Position numbers and translations under genes: made by a program. A stretch of 63,677 bases of DNA, filler included, from Fonticula-like sp. SCN 57-25 (lineage: Eukaryota), in assembly GCA_001724245.1 (NCBI GenBank). It is 9 parts of 9 records of this genome, joined end to end, with 100 filler letters (N's around TTAATTAATTAA, not from the genome) between each part and the next. Parts side by side here need not be neighbours in the genome. Positions count along the whole stretch, not along the records: positions 32,983 to 39,465 come from MEDX01000445.1; positions 39,566 to 46,048 come from MEDX01000446.1; positions 46,149 to 57,128 come from MEDX01000447.1; 6 more parts are not named here. One strand, 5' to 3'. Of this stretch, positions 37,747 through 49,603 are shown piece after piece. The stretch's first letter is position 1, and each line of letters opens with the position of its first letter. Under the pieces are notes generated by a model. That model made no database searches and had not been told where the DNA came from. It was given only the letters and a program-made list of their open reading frames with translations.

Positions 37747-38868
37747 ATGTCAAGCTTGGTAGGCGGAAACTGCTCGGTGTGCCGGGAAAAGATCACCTCG
37801 GCGGTGCTCTCCGCTGCGGGGAAGCAGTACCACAGCGACTGTTATATGTGCGTGGAGTGCTTGATGCCGTTTCCCGGTGGGAACCACTATGAGCATGGTG
37901 GTCGCCTGTATTGTCAACATGATTACGAGACGCACTTTGGCCATCGGTGCGGGCGGTGCGGCAACAGCATCGTGGGCCGCTTTGTGAACGCGCTCGATCT
38001 CAAGTGGCACCCGGAGCACTTTACATGTGAGGCGTGCGGCACGGGCCTTGCCGGAACCTCTTTCGTGAAGCGCATGGGGCGGCCGTACTGCAAGCCGTGC
38101 GTGACGGCGCTCAAGGAGCAGGAGCTTGAATTCAATCGCAGCCTCTGCGAGTCGTGCCGCAAGCCGATCTTGGACCGCAAGGACATGATCGTGTTTAGGC
38201 ACCAAAAGTACCACGCGTCGCACTTTACGTGCAGCAACCCGTCCTGCCGCGTCAACCTCACGAGCGAGTGCATGGAGATTGACGGCAAGCTTTTCTGCGT
38301 CCCGTGCCACGGCAAGCAGCTGCAGGCAACGTGCGCCGCCTGCCACAAGCCCATCGAGGGCCGCAGTATTACCGCTCTAGGGAAACAGTTCCACCCCGAG
38401 GTTCGCTTTTTGACGTTTGCCGCGCTTTTCTAACCCGCGAGTGTAGCATTTCGTGTGTACCACCTGCGGCAACGCCTTCCAAGGCGGCCAATTCTTTGAC
38501 CTGAACGGCAAGGCGTACTGCGAGCTGCACTACAACGAGCTTACGGGATCCACATGCGGCCGCTGTGGTCGGCCCGCCATCGGTCGCAGTACGTCCGCGC
38601 TCCCTTGCAGCTTGAACCTGACCCGCGCGCAGTTGTCGAGGCCCTTGGGCGTAAGTTTTGCGAGAGCCACTTTTTGTGCGTTGGCTGCGACCAGAGCATT
38701 GCCTCGCAGGAAGTGGTGAAATTTAACGAGTGGGACACCAAGCCCATGTGCAAGCATTGCTACGGGCGGCTGCCGACGAGCTTGCAAAAGAAGCTCACAA
38801 AGTACGCCGAGCTTGAGCTCAAGTATCAGAAGCAGATCGCAAAGGAGGAGAAAAAGTCAAAAAAATAG
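37747..38868 (+). CDS. LIMS1: Five-LIM-domain adaptor PINCH
   Basis: Five tandem LIM domains and nothing else. The end of LIM5 and the tail, KFNEWDTKPMCKHCYGRLPTSLQKKL, match the PINCH C-terminal signature. Confidence 0.85.
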
Positions 38869-39000
38869 CCTTTTTCAACATTCCCGCCACCATTTAATTA
38901 CTTATTCTGTAATATAATACCACATTTTCCTCTATCGATGCATTTTATACACACATTGAACTGTACAGGGAAGAAAACAAAACAAGCACGGCCGCGACGA

Positions 39001-39465
39001 TCACGCATCGTCCGACCGGCGCGAGTAGGGCATAAAACGGTGATCCTTGGTGGCCATCCGCTTGGCGCGCTTCTCGAGCGTCTTTTCGAGGCGGCCCGTC
39101 TTTTGCAGCGTGTTGAACTTGTCGACGAGCTCGACGGTCTTTTCGTCGGCTGCAGGGCATTGGGGTCAGCGCGCGCTGCAAGCGACAGAGGCATCGTACT
39201 CTTCTTGAGGAAATAAGGCTTCTTTCCGGAGCGGACGAGTTCCTTTTCCGTCTGGCGGTAGTCTGCTTGAACGCGGCGCCGCTCCGCTTCCTGCGTGGAG
39301 CGGTGCAGCAGCGTCTGCTGCTGGTCGAGCAGCCGCTTCACCTGGCTGCTCTTCTCCACGCCCTTGATCTTCTTGAGCGACTTGCGCAGCTCGTCCACCT
39401 CCTTCTCGCGATGCTCGCGCACAAAAGCGTACGACTTGCGGAACAGCTCATCATTCAGTCGCCCC
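39001..39465 (-). CDS. RRP36: rRNA biogenesis protein RRP36, 5'-partial
   Basis: GRLNDELFRKSYAFV, EKELVRSGKKPYFLKKS, KDHRFMP. Confidence 0.85.
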
Positions 39466-39608
39466 NNNNNNNNNNNNNNNNNNNNNNNNNNNNNNNNNNN
39501 NNNNNNNNNTTAATTAATTAANNNNNNNNNNNNNNNNNNNNNNNNNNNNNNNNNNNNNNNNNNNNTGTATGGCATTGTCAATTTCATTGTATGTATAACA
39601 GAATAGTA

Positions 39609-42600
39609 TTACAGTCCTTGCAGCGACGACGCAAAAGAAGAAATCTTGTTTCTCTGCTGCTCCTTTTCGCGCTTTGCCGCCTCGTACTCCTCCTTTTCCT
39701 TGAGCAGCTTTTCGCGCTCGCGCTGCATGAGCTCCGCCTCTGTCGGCGGCTGCGGCACCGCATTGTCGGCCGCCGTCTGCGCGGCGAACCTTGCCGCCTC
39801 CTCCTCGATGCGCCTCTCCATCTCGCGCTGCTTGGCCTCCTCCTGCAGCTGCTTCTCGCGCTGCATCCGCTGATTGTACTCGGCCTCGCGCGCGCGCATT
39901 TCCAGCGCGTCCGACTGGAACTGAGACCAGAGCGAATCGCTCTCGCCGCCCGCCTTGGGCGTCGCCGCCCCCGACGCGCCCGACGTCCCCGCGGCAGCGT
40001 CATCGTCATCGTCCGCCTCCAGGTTGGACCACGCCACCTCATTCGTCAATGTCACCTCCTAAACAAAGGACCAATCAAAATACAATGCTGATGTCAGCTT
40101 TTCATGAAAAAAGCCGCGCAAGCCGTACCGTGTTTTGCGGCTTGGTCGCGATAAAGTCGGGCAGCGGTGCCGTCGGGATGACGGGCTGCGCGTCGAGCTG
40201 GGTGCACGCGTGAGCCGCGAAAGGGAAATGGCGCCGCGTGCGTACGTCCATGAGCATGCTGCCGGCGCCGCTGGGGGCCGCAGCTGGGCGCGACACGTGG
40301 CCGGGACTCTTTGAGCGGTGGCGGCGCTGCTTGCGCGACGACTTGCTCTTTTCGACAAAGTCGTCATCGCCGCTGCTGTCGGACGACGAGGAAGAAGAGT
40401 CGCTGCTGGACGACGAGGACGAGGACGAAGAGGACGCAGCGCGCTTGCGCGAGTGGTGGCTCTTTCGCTTTCGGGAACGCGAGCGATCTGTGGACCGCAG
40501 CAGTGTTAACGCATGGGCCACGAAACATACACAAACAGACAGCAGATACACACGGCACAGACACGGCACAGCACGCGGTCCCTCGTAGACCGAAAGCAGA
40601 GAGCAATAGAGGGGGAAAAGGAGGAGTGGGTGAAGAAGAAAGAGGACGGAAGAGGCGGAGCGAGGCAGAGGCAAACCAATAGACACGACAACAGAGCCAA
40701 ACACCCATGCGTTTATACTTTGTGATAACCCATACTGAATATATAAATATATAGAAAAGAGACAAGCAGCTAACCTCAAAGATGTATTATTTTCGCATTA
40801 GAGGAGAAACATGCCATAAAATTGAATTGGTTTTGAATACTCGAACAAAGCGACAATGCATACTGACACAATCAATACGCACTGCCCTCAACACACGCAA
40901 ACCCTCCTCACAAAGGGGACAGGAACAACAAGAAAGCATATTGGGCAAACCCACACTGACCATGCAGATGGATGCACCGATTACAAACAGTGTATAAATA
41001 TCGCACGTTTGCCTCTCAAGCCCACCTCCAAACCCGCCCCCCTCTGCGCCCATGAAAAAAGAACAGGACAAAGACAGACAAGGAGAAAGTGCGGCCGAGA
41101 GAGCCGGCGAAAATCACGGCAAGCAAGGATGATAGCAAACATTAGATTGAAAAGAAACTGGAGCGGCAACCCCCCAAGAGAAACGAGGCAAACGAGCACG
41201 ACAAGGACGCAAACGAACGCTCAGTCAGAGTCATCACCAGATGAGCTACCTGAATCAGAATCGGAGCTGCTGTCAGAGTCCGACGACGAGTCCGAGCGCG
41301 ACTTCTTCTTGATAGGCTTGGACTTTTTGGGCTCGTCAGGGCGCTTGATGTTCTGCTTGACATAGCGCTCCATCTCGCGCAGCGTGCGCGTCTCGAGCTG
41401 GTTGATGTCAATTTCGATATCGCCAGACGAGTTCTTGAGGTGAGGATGCCTCCGGTGGATAATCTCAATAATCTTGGGGAGCTTCTCAGCCGAAAGAAGG
41501 TTAATGTTCTCGCTCAGCTGCTTCTTCTCCTCAAACGACATCTCCATATCAAGGCGGTCATCCTCGTCGCGCTTCGACTTTGACTTGTGCTTATGCTTGC
41601 GCTCGCGTTCCCGCTCACGCTCGCGTCCGCGGTCGCGCGAGCGCGAGCGGTGCTTCTTCTTCTTGTGCGACGGGGTGTCGGGAGCCTTGGACTTCTTCGG
41701 CGTCTTGGACGACGAAAGAGAGCGCGACGGCGACGGCTTGTGCTTCTTGGCCGACGAAGGCTGCGAAAGCTTCTGCACCGTGCTCTGAAGATTGGCAATT
41801 TGGCGCTGCAGCATGCTTACGCTCGAGTTGGTCGCATGGTCAATTTCGTCGACGGCAACATCCGAGTCGCTGTCGTCGCGCTTCTCAGGGACGATCTTGG
41901 AAAACTTCTTTTCAAAAGTCTTCTGAAGCTTCATCGCATACTGGGCAACGGGGTCCGTCTTGGGGTTGTAGAGCAAGCAGTTGCTAAACACCAGCCTCAT
42001 GTCCTCGGCAAAGTCGGCAGGAGTCGAGTACTCGCCGGAATCAAGCTTAAACGCGACGGTGCCGAAATCCATCGGCTTCTTGATGATGACGGGGTAGTCG
42101 GGCAGGTTGAAGCGGACATAGTCCACGGGCTCAAGGAACGGGGTATTGTACGGGTGGTAGGTGTCACCGGTCATAAGCTCAAGCAAGTGACGGCAAGCCC
42201 GCAGGGCCGGCGTCAGCTTGGCCCGCTTGACCGGCTCGGCCTTGGGGCGCTTGGAGCGCAGCTCGTCCGCACCGCCAAAGGAGCTGCGGCGCTTGCCATT
42301 CCGGGGGCTAGCGCCATCGACCAGTCCGCGCTCGGCGTCCAGCGCCTTGTTCCGCTCCTGCTCGATGGACGCATAAAACTTGGCGAGCCGCTCATCAAAC
42401 GTCTTCTCCAAAGCGTTGGCATCGAGGCAAACCGGGTGATCAGGCGCATTGTATGTCCGGCAGTTGGAAAAGACCAAGCGAACATCCTGGATCCACGCCG
42501 CAATTGACGCATACCTGGTAAAAGTCAATAACGGCCTCTAGCCTGCCCACCGACAAGCGTACTCTTTGCCATCAAGCTTCTTGGAAATCGTGCCGAGGTC

Positions 42601-43303
42601 CATCGGATGCTTAATGATTGTGTGGTAGTCCGAGATGCCCAGGCGAGCCTCATCCACGGGAGCGCTGAACCAGATGCTCTGGCGCATCTTGAGCAACGAG
42701 GAGACAATATTCTTGGCACGTTTGAGGACGTTGTCGGTGAACGGCGTTTCCAAATTGGGCGGCGGGGCGTCAGGGTGACGCTCCAGCATTGCACGGGTCA
42801 TCTCGATGGTGCCCTGCAGAGTTAAAGCGTGAGCAAACCTAAACACTACACACTCTACGACATAGAATACACACCGGCGGCTGCGCAAATTCATCGTAGC
42901 GACTCGACATTTTGCGTACACGCTTGGCGTCGGCTTCGCTGGACGGCGTTGTGACGCCGGTAGAGCCCATCGGCGGGGGAGTTCCGGGCACCGGTGTTGG
43001 TGAGCCCTGCACAAGGCGGGTTTCCAAATCCTGAATGCGACGGTCGCGCTGGCGCAACTCCTCTTCCAGCATTTTGAACCTCGCCTCAATGTCGAAAGTG
43101 GCAGGGGAAGCGACAACCGGTGCGGTCGCCACAGGGGTCTGAGGTGGTTGCGGAAGCGTTCCGCTTTCAGCTGCGGTCTCCGCGGTAGCATTCACGGGCT
43201 GTTGCACCGGTTCACTCACAACGGGCTCTGAAGGCTGAACTGGCGCCTCCGGGGCAACGGCCGGAGGCGTGCTGACAATCGGAGCATCGGCAACATCCGA
43301 CAT
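39609..43303 (-). CDS. BET-family protein (2 bromodomains + ET + SEED), with extra 3' exons encoding a BRD4-like C-terminal region
   Basis: BD1 DYHTIIKHPMDLGTI..NCRTYN; BD2 DYPVIIKKPMDFGTV..NCLLYN; ET MSFEEKKQLSENINLL..IEIDI. In-frame stop at 41221. Phase-compatible splice to further exons at 40487-39609. Confidence 0.92.
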
Positions 43304-43978
43304 TCCCAATCTAACGCGTCAGCAACGGCTGAACAAGCGGGTGCCTGGAGGCGAAGGGAACAAAAAGGTGTGGAAAGTGCAAAAGTCCTCGGGGAACACC
43401 GGATGAACACGACTGGTGAGCAAAAACTCGCTCAAGCAGGCCGTGAACAGCGAGGATGATGCACCGGGGATGGATGCAAATGCGACTTCAAATCAGATGC
43501 ACCCGCCTATTTAAAAGTCGTCAATCCATCTGAAACGGGTATCAAAGAAAGCGCATCCGCGCATCCCAAGCCCATCCAGCGTTCAGAACCACGTACCACA
43601 CACCGGCAGAGCACACTGAAATGATAGAATACGCGGAGAAGTGCAGTGCCGCCGCTCTGCTCCTCCCGACAGACCAACCGCCCAACAGAGGACTACCTCC
43701 GCTAAACTGCCCTCCCACCCGATCGGGGGTACCCTGTTCGCGACCCCCCGAAATGTTTCATGGTGTTGGTTTGCATGATACCCCTCGGCGTGGAGAGGTA
43801 GCTAAGGCGGTTCGAGAGCAAAGGCGGGCGAGCAAAGCAGAAAGTCGACAAAGTGGCCTGCGGCCTACTGGTTCCACCGCTTTAGGGCGAGTTCTTGCTT
43901 GCTATACCCATAGCCTACACGAAATAAGTGACTTCAAGCAAATGATCAGGCGTGACGTCACTGATGACATCATCACAA

Positions 43979-43996
43979 TTTGGCGCCAAACTTGAA
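43979..43996 (+). promoter_or_regulatory. E2F palindrome TTTGGCGCCAAA followed by CHR-type CTTGAA; CRE-like TGACGTCA at 43953-43960
   Basis: Motifs read directly 22-65 bp upstream of the BRCA1-like ATG. Confidence 0.6.
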
Positions 43997-44017
43997 ATCA
44001 CGGCTGCGCTACCGGCG

Positions 44018-46048
44018 ATGGCGGGCGGGTCGCTCGCCACCGAGCTGCCAAAGACGATCCCCACCGTTCTCACTGCACTCAAGAAGGAACTCCAGTGCTC
44101 AATATGTTTATCGCCATTTCTCAATCCGCAGTCTACGCCGTGTCACCACCAGTTTTGCCGCGAGTGCATTCTGCACTCTCTTCAGCTGAAACGCAAGTGT
44201 CCCCTCTGCGTCGAGTCGGTCACGCCGCGTTGCCTGACGGGCAACGAGCGTCTCGCTCGTTTGGGCGTTGCGGTGACCGACCTCATTTCCGCGTACGAGC
44301 AAGAGTTGGATACCAGTACGCCCCTTTTCTGCGTTTTCGATTCTAACCGATCACCAGCGCTTTCCCAAATTCCCGCCAACCATGGGCGGGATTATGCGTG
44401 CGATCCCATTCCCAATCTTTCCCAAGTCTTTCCCGCCCCGCAAAAATCGCAATCGATTCCTGACGACGCGGCGGCCTCGTCGTCGTCACCGGCGCCCACG
44501 CCTGCACGGCGCGCCCCATCTCCGCCACCCACGCGCAGCAGCCGCAGCAAGCGGAGTCGGACCACTCCAGCGCCAGCTTCAACAGAAACAACGACGCCAA
44601 CTCGGGTATCCAACACTAGGAAAGGGCGCGGGTCTTCTACTTCCCTGCGCAGCAGCACGATCTCCTCTTTGAACGAGGCCGCCCAGTCATCGAGTGCCGC
44701 CGAATCCTCGAATGTTCTTTCCACGGCCGCCACGTCCTCGAATGGTCTCTCCGAGGCCGCCCAGCCCAGCGCACCACCGCCCACCGACCGGTCATCGTCC
44801 CCAGTCCAAGCTGCGGCTCCGTCATCCCCTGCGCCAGCTGCGGCTCCGTCGTCGCCCGTCCCAGCCGCGGCCCCGTCGTCCCCCTTCAAAAGTACCCGGT
44901 CATCGGCTCCGATTGACGCTGCGCTGTTCAGCGACCCGCCGCCGCTCTTTTCGTCGCCGGTGCGCCCCAGGCGGCATTTGGGCGGCCCGCCGTCGTCGGA
45001 TCGCGCCGGGCACCTCGTGATGAATGCTGGCGAGGTGATGGGCGTTGGCAGCTCGCAGCCCGACGCATCGCAGGACCTCTTTTTCACCACGCGGCCGATG
45101 GCGACGGTGCTGCCGCCGCCGCCTCCCGCCTTGTCCGCGTCGCCAACAAGCACGGCCACGAACGTAGAGCTCACCGCCTCGGGCCCCGCGCCCCCGCTGG
45201 AAACAGACGAGTCGGCCGCAGTGTCCTCGTGCGACGCGCAGTCGGCGCTCATGCCTGTGGTGTCGTCATCGCCGTCGCCGTGCCACAAGCCGCCAATCAC
45301 AGAAGCCGGCCTTGCAAACGATCAGTTGCGAGACCTGCTCGACTACGTGAGCTCGGTAAGCGCGCTCGTCGAGGAAGACAGGTCATACTTTGAGCATCTG
45401 CTCACCTACTGCCACCGCGAAATCAAGACCATTGGCGCGACTGATTCACCGCCAAAGGTGATTTTTGCGCCCAATCAGGATGAAACGCTCATGGTATGCG
45501 CTATTTTTGCTCGTTCTTGCACATATTAACAATGACGCGCAGGCTGACGTGCTTGGCAATGCGACCTTCGCTCGCGCGATGCACGGCAAAGTAACGCACC
45601 TCATTTGTAGCTCTGAAGGAATGCGGACCGCGCGCTCGATCGACTACCTGACCGCGCTGCTGACCGGTGCATGGATTGTCTCCAGTGAATGTACGGCGAT
45701 GCATTCTTTTTCTTTTCTCTGACATGGCGCAGGGGTCGATGCGTGCCGCCGGTCGGCTACGGTTCTCCCCGAGGACGACTTTGAGATTGTGGGCGACGAG
45801 ACCAGCACGAGCGGCGTCCCTCGGCGCGCGCGCAGATTCCGCGCCCGATACGTACGCGAACAAGCGTACTATTGGTTTACTAATGCGTTGTTGCGCTACA
45901 GGGCCAGGGCCTCTTGACCAATGTAACTGTCGTGCTTCACGGCGAGTTCCAGTCGCCGACCTCGGCTGACCTGCAGATGCTCGTCGAGGCGGGCGGCGGC
46001 GTCCTGCTGAGCGCAAATGGCGGTGTTTCGCCGCCCGTTCGCGACGAC
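44018..46048 (+). CDS. BRCA1/BARD1-like RING + tandem BRCT protein, 3'-partial
   Basis: N-terminal RING ELQCSICL..PQSTPCHHQFCRECI...CPLC, long S/P-rich linker, BRCT VTHLI..RSIDYLTALLTGAWIVS, and a second BRCT start G.F..PTSADLQMLVEAGGG. Confidence 0.85.
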
Positions 46049-46253
46049 NNNNNNNNNNNNNNNNNNNNNNNNNNNNNNNNNNNNNNNNNNNNTTAATTAA
46101 TTAANNNNNNNNNNNNNNNNNNNNNNNNNNNNNNNNNNNNNNNNNNNNGAAAGGAACGGAATGTGCGGAAAAGTAAAATGCATTAATGGAATTGCTCATA
46201 CAAGCAAAAAGTTAGGGAATAAAGGAGAAGTTAACAAGTAGGTGAGGGAATCC

Positions 46254-47180
46254 TCAATAGGAAGCAATATCAATCTGAATAAGATCACTACCGAAATCAC
46301 GGTAGATAATATGGTCATTGTTGAGGTAACTGAAATCAAGGTAGTCGGAAATGTTGACACCGGAAGAGGGGCAGCGCTTAACGCTATGCTCCAACTCTTC
46401 ATCGTCATCGCGGCCACGCTTGCCATTCTCGTTCATATTCTCAACATACTGCGACGGCGATGCGGGCTCCAACTCGGACTGGACCTCGGTCTCTGCCGTC
46501 ATGTTCGGAACCTCGATCTCTGCCTGAATGTTCGGAACCTCGAAATCAACGACGATGCCGTTCATAGAGTCCTCAGAAAAACCAAACACAGGCTCGGAAG
46601 GACTTGCAACAGCATTGCCAGACAAACGAGCAGAGCCACCAAAGTGGTTCTTGATATACTCGTCCGCCTCGGCAAGCAAATTCTCGTCAAGGTTGGGCAT
46701 AAAAGTGATGGCAGTGTACACACAATCGGCGACATCTTGAATTACCTTGGGTGACCAGCTCAAGACATACTTGCCAAAGCCGTGCTGCCTAGTGGAGCCA
46801 CCGGCGTGATGCTTGATGCAGACAAAGAGGCGCAAAAGGTACATGAACTGGTGGTCCGAGACGGAAAAGTCCTTTTGCATGACACAATCGAAAGCATCCT
46901 CCTCGAGGACGTCGTCGCTGAGCGGACTGCCGGGCATACTCTCGGGCATCTGCGGCAGCACGCCCTTCATATGCAGCATATAGCAGCACCACTTGCCCGC
47001 GTTCTGGATAGCTGGAGAGGCCGCAGACATCTTCTTGCCGTTAAAGTGCGCCGCGACGGTATCCTTGACGGGACCAAAGACGGCCGGATACACCTTATTC
47101 ACGACCTTCTTGCCGACACGCTTGCATATCTTGGCAGACTGGTTCTTCTGGGAGGCACGGGCGGGCGAGACGTTGGCCAT
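46254..47180 (-). CDS. Orphan intronless protein with basic N-terminus and acidic C-terminus
   Basis: 308-aa ORF from MANVSP with coding-like codon bias; no family recognised. Confidence 0.65.
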   Translation of the reverse strand: MANVSPARASQKNQSAKICKRVGKKVVNKVYPAVFGPVKDTVAAHFNGKKMSAASPAIQNAGKWCCYMLHMKGVLPQMPESMPGSPLSDDVLEEDAFDCVMQKDFSVSDHQFMYLLRLFVCIKHHAGGSTRQHGFGKYVLSWSPKVIQDVADCVYTAITFMPNLDENLLAEADEYIKNHFGGSARLSGNAVASPSEPVFGFSEDSMNGIVVDFEVPNIQAEIEVPNMTAETEVQSELEPASPSQYVENMNENGKRGRDDDEELEHSVKRCPSSGVNISDYLDFSYLNNDHIIYRDFGSDLIQIDIASY

Positions 47181-47536
47181 ACTTGCGGAAAAGACGCTAT
47201 GGTTAAGACTTTTTTTTTCGAGGAGGAGGCTGCGGGGAAAAGCGCTTGGTAAAACTGAGGAGAGCGCCACCGCTTTTGTAGCCGTTTGGGTTTTCCCCCA
47301 GCCTCCCGCCGCGCGTCGCCATTGGCCAGCTCGATCCGCTTTAGGCAATCGGGCTTGAGATCAAGTGGTTGACGTATCAAAATTAACTGGGTCCAGCGAG
47401 TGATATTTCGCCATGTTACACAAGGGCCCAGCTTTGCAACCACCTTTGATCCTGTCAACCCTTCACGTGACCGCAACGCTGATCATTGTCAGGGATCAAC
47501 CTCGCAGACCATTGTCACAGGCTCCAACACCTGACA

Positions 47537-49403
47537 ATGCGGGGCACGAGCTGGATCGCGGCCGCGGTCGTCGTGATGGCGGCGATCGCGATCGCCGCCG
47601 ATGCGCACCCGGAGCGCAAGACGTTTAGAATGAAGCTTTGGAAGTATGTTTTTTCCTTTCTATTGTGGTTTCGTTCTTGTAGCTTACGCGTATCTCTAGG
47701 GATGCCGCCACGGGCGAGTGCGAGGTTCTCGAGTCGCGCTTTGGCCAGATTCACCGCCGCGCAACCGAGCCCACTTCGGTGATCATGAAGCGCTACGCTG
47801 CTGCCGTGGCCGAGGAGCATGAGCCCGTTGAGGAGTTTGGCGAGATCATTGAACTGTACGGCCGCGTTCCCGCGATTGTTGAGCGCTTTGCCGTCACCGA
47901 TGCCGGCTGCAAGTCGCTCCGCGAGCCGACGGCCCCTTCGCTTGAGGACGATTCGGCCAAGGCCGAGGCGGACGAGATTGTTCTTTTGATTGAGAGCGGC
48001 CCGCCGAGCAACCGCATCGACATTGTGTTTATGGGCGATGGCTACACTGTGGACGAGCGCGACAAGCACTTTGCCGACATGGAGCGTCTTACCGACGACA
48101 TGTTTGCGTCGACGACCTTTTTCTCGCACCTCCCGCTGTTCAACATCTGGGCCGTGTTCCGCCCGTCGGTCGAGAGCGGTGTTGGTGTCGGCGGCCGCCC
48201 GCTCGACACTGCCTTTGGCCTGTACCGCGACGGCACCGAGCTGCGCGGCCTGTACTGCAGCAAGCCCATGGCTGCCCGCCAGGCGTGCGCGCTCACCGGC
48301 GAGGACGCGTGCGACTTCCCGTCGCTCATCGGCAACGACGACTTTTACGGCGGCCTTGGCGGTGAGTTCACGATCTCGACGCGCTCGGAGACGAGCGGCA
48401 CCGTTGTGCTGCGCCACGAGCTCGGCCACAACCTCGTCGACGTCGGTGAAGAGTACGACGGCGGCCAGGTGTACTCGGGTGCCAACTTTGCCTCCTCCCT
48501 GAGCAACATCAAGTGGACGCACTGGCTCACCGAGCCCGACAACGTCGTAGCGCAGCAGGCCATGATCCGCGTGCAGGAGTACCCGTGGTACGACCTTGCC
48601 GACGGCACCTACTCGGTCACCTTCAACTCGAACGGCGAGTACGACCGCTGGCTCCTCAAGTTCTCGGCCTCGGGCGTCGAGACCCCCGGCTCTCTCGTCA
48701 TCGAGCTCGACGGCGTCAAGCTCAACTGGACCACCACCGGTGCGTGCACTCTCGCTTGCCCCCCTTGTGCTGACCTTTGATGTTGCAAGGCAACCCTGAC
48801 CGCGGCTTCCACGAGTACCACGGCGACGCTGGCTTTTCGTCGGGCCAGCACACTATTCGTTTCTCGCAGGGCTTTGCCTCTGAGACGGGTCAGATCCGCC
48901 AGCTTTGCAACCTTGTCCTCCACGAGTTCATGAACGAGACGCTCTACCACACCGACCGCGACTACGTCGGCGCCTACCCCACGTGGCGCCAGGGCGGCTC
49001 GATGGCCGGCTACCGCCCCAACCACGAGCGCTGCCTCATGCGCAACATGACCTCGGTCGATTTCTGCGTCGTCTGCGTCGAGGACATGTGGCTCCAGCTC
49101 CTCGAAAAGATCAGCCTCATCGACGACGTCGTTGTCGCCACCGCCGGCGGCGAGGTCACGACGACCCTGCTCGCCATCCCCCTGGCCCACTTTAGGGCGG
49201 AGGGACCGCGCCCGGGAGAGCTCTACGAGGTCACCTGGAAGCGCGACGGCGTTGTGCAGACCGACCTCCAGGACGTGTTCATCTGGTCCAAGCCCGCCAG
49301 CGAGGCGGCCGGCGAGTGGTCCGTCACGCTCCAGTATATCAACCCGGAGATCCGCAGCGATCCGCGCGGCTACACGGTCGATAGCTTTGACTTTGACATC
49401 TAG
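47537..49403 (+). CDS. Secreted peptidase M64 (IgA peptidase-like) metalloprotease, two introns
   Basis: Signal peptide; NRIDIVFMGDGYT, FNIWAV, YGGLGG, zinc motif HELGH..VGEEY, CLMR...FCVVC. Confidence 0.9.
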
Positions 49404-49603
49404 CCTGCTGGGCCAGACGCCTAGTCCGCTATTGTGATAATAAATCAGTATCTGAACCGGGTGGTGACATGTAGGGCGATAAACCAACATTAAAATGTAT
49501 TTCACTTCAGTTTCACTTGAAGATAAAAAGACAAAAAATGGATTCGACTCGTAATAGGACAAAAAGGTATTGAATCTCTAGCAAAAAAACCAAATGAATC
49601 GAC

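Noticed and set aside
43770-43830. GGTTCGAG tRNA T-loop-like motif
   Set aside because: No cloverleaf or acceptor stem can be formed.
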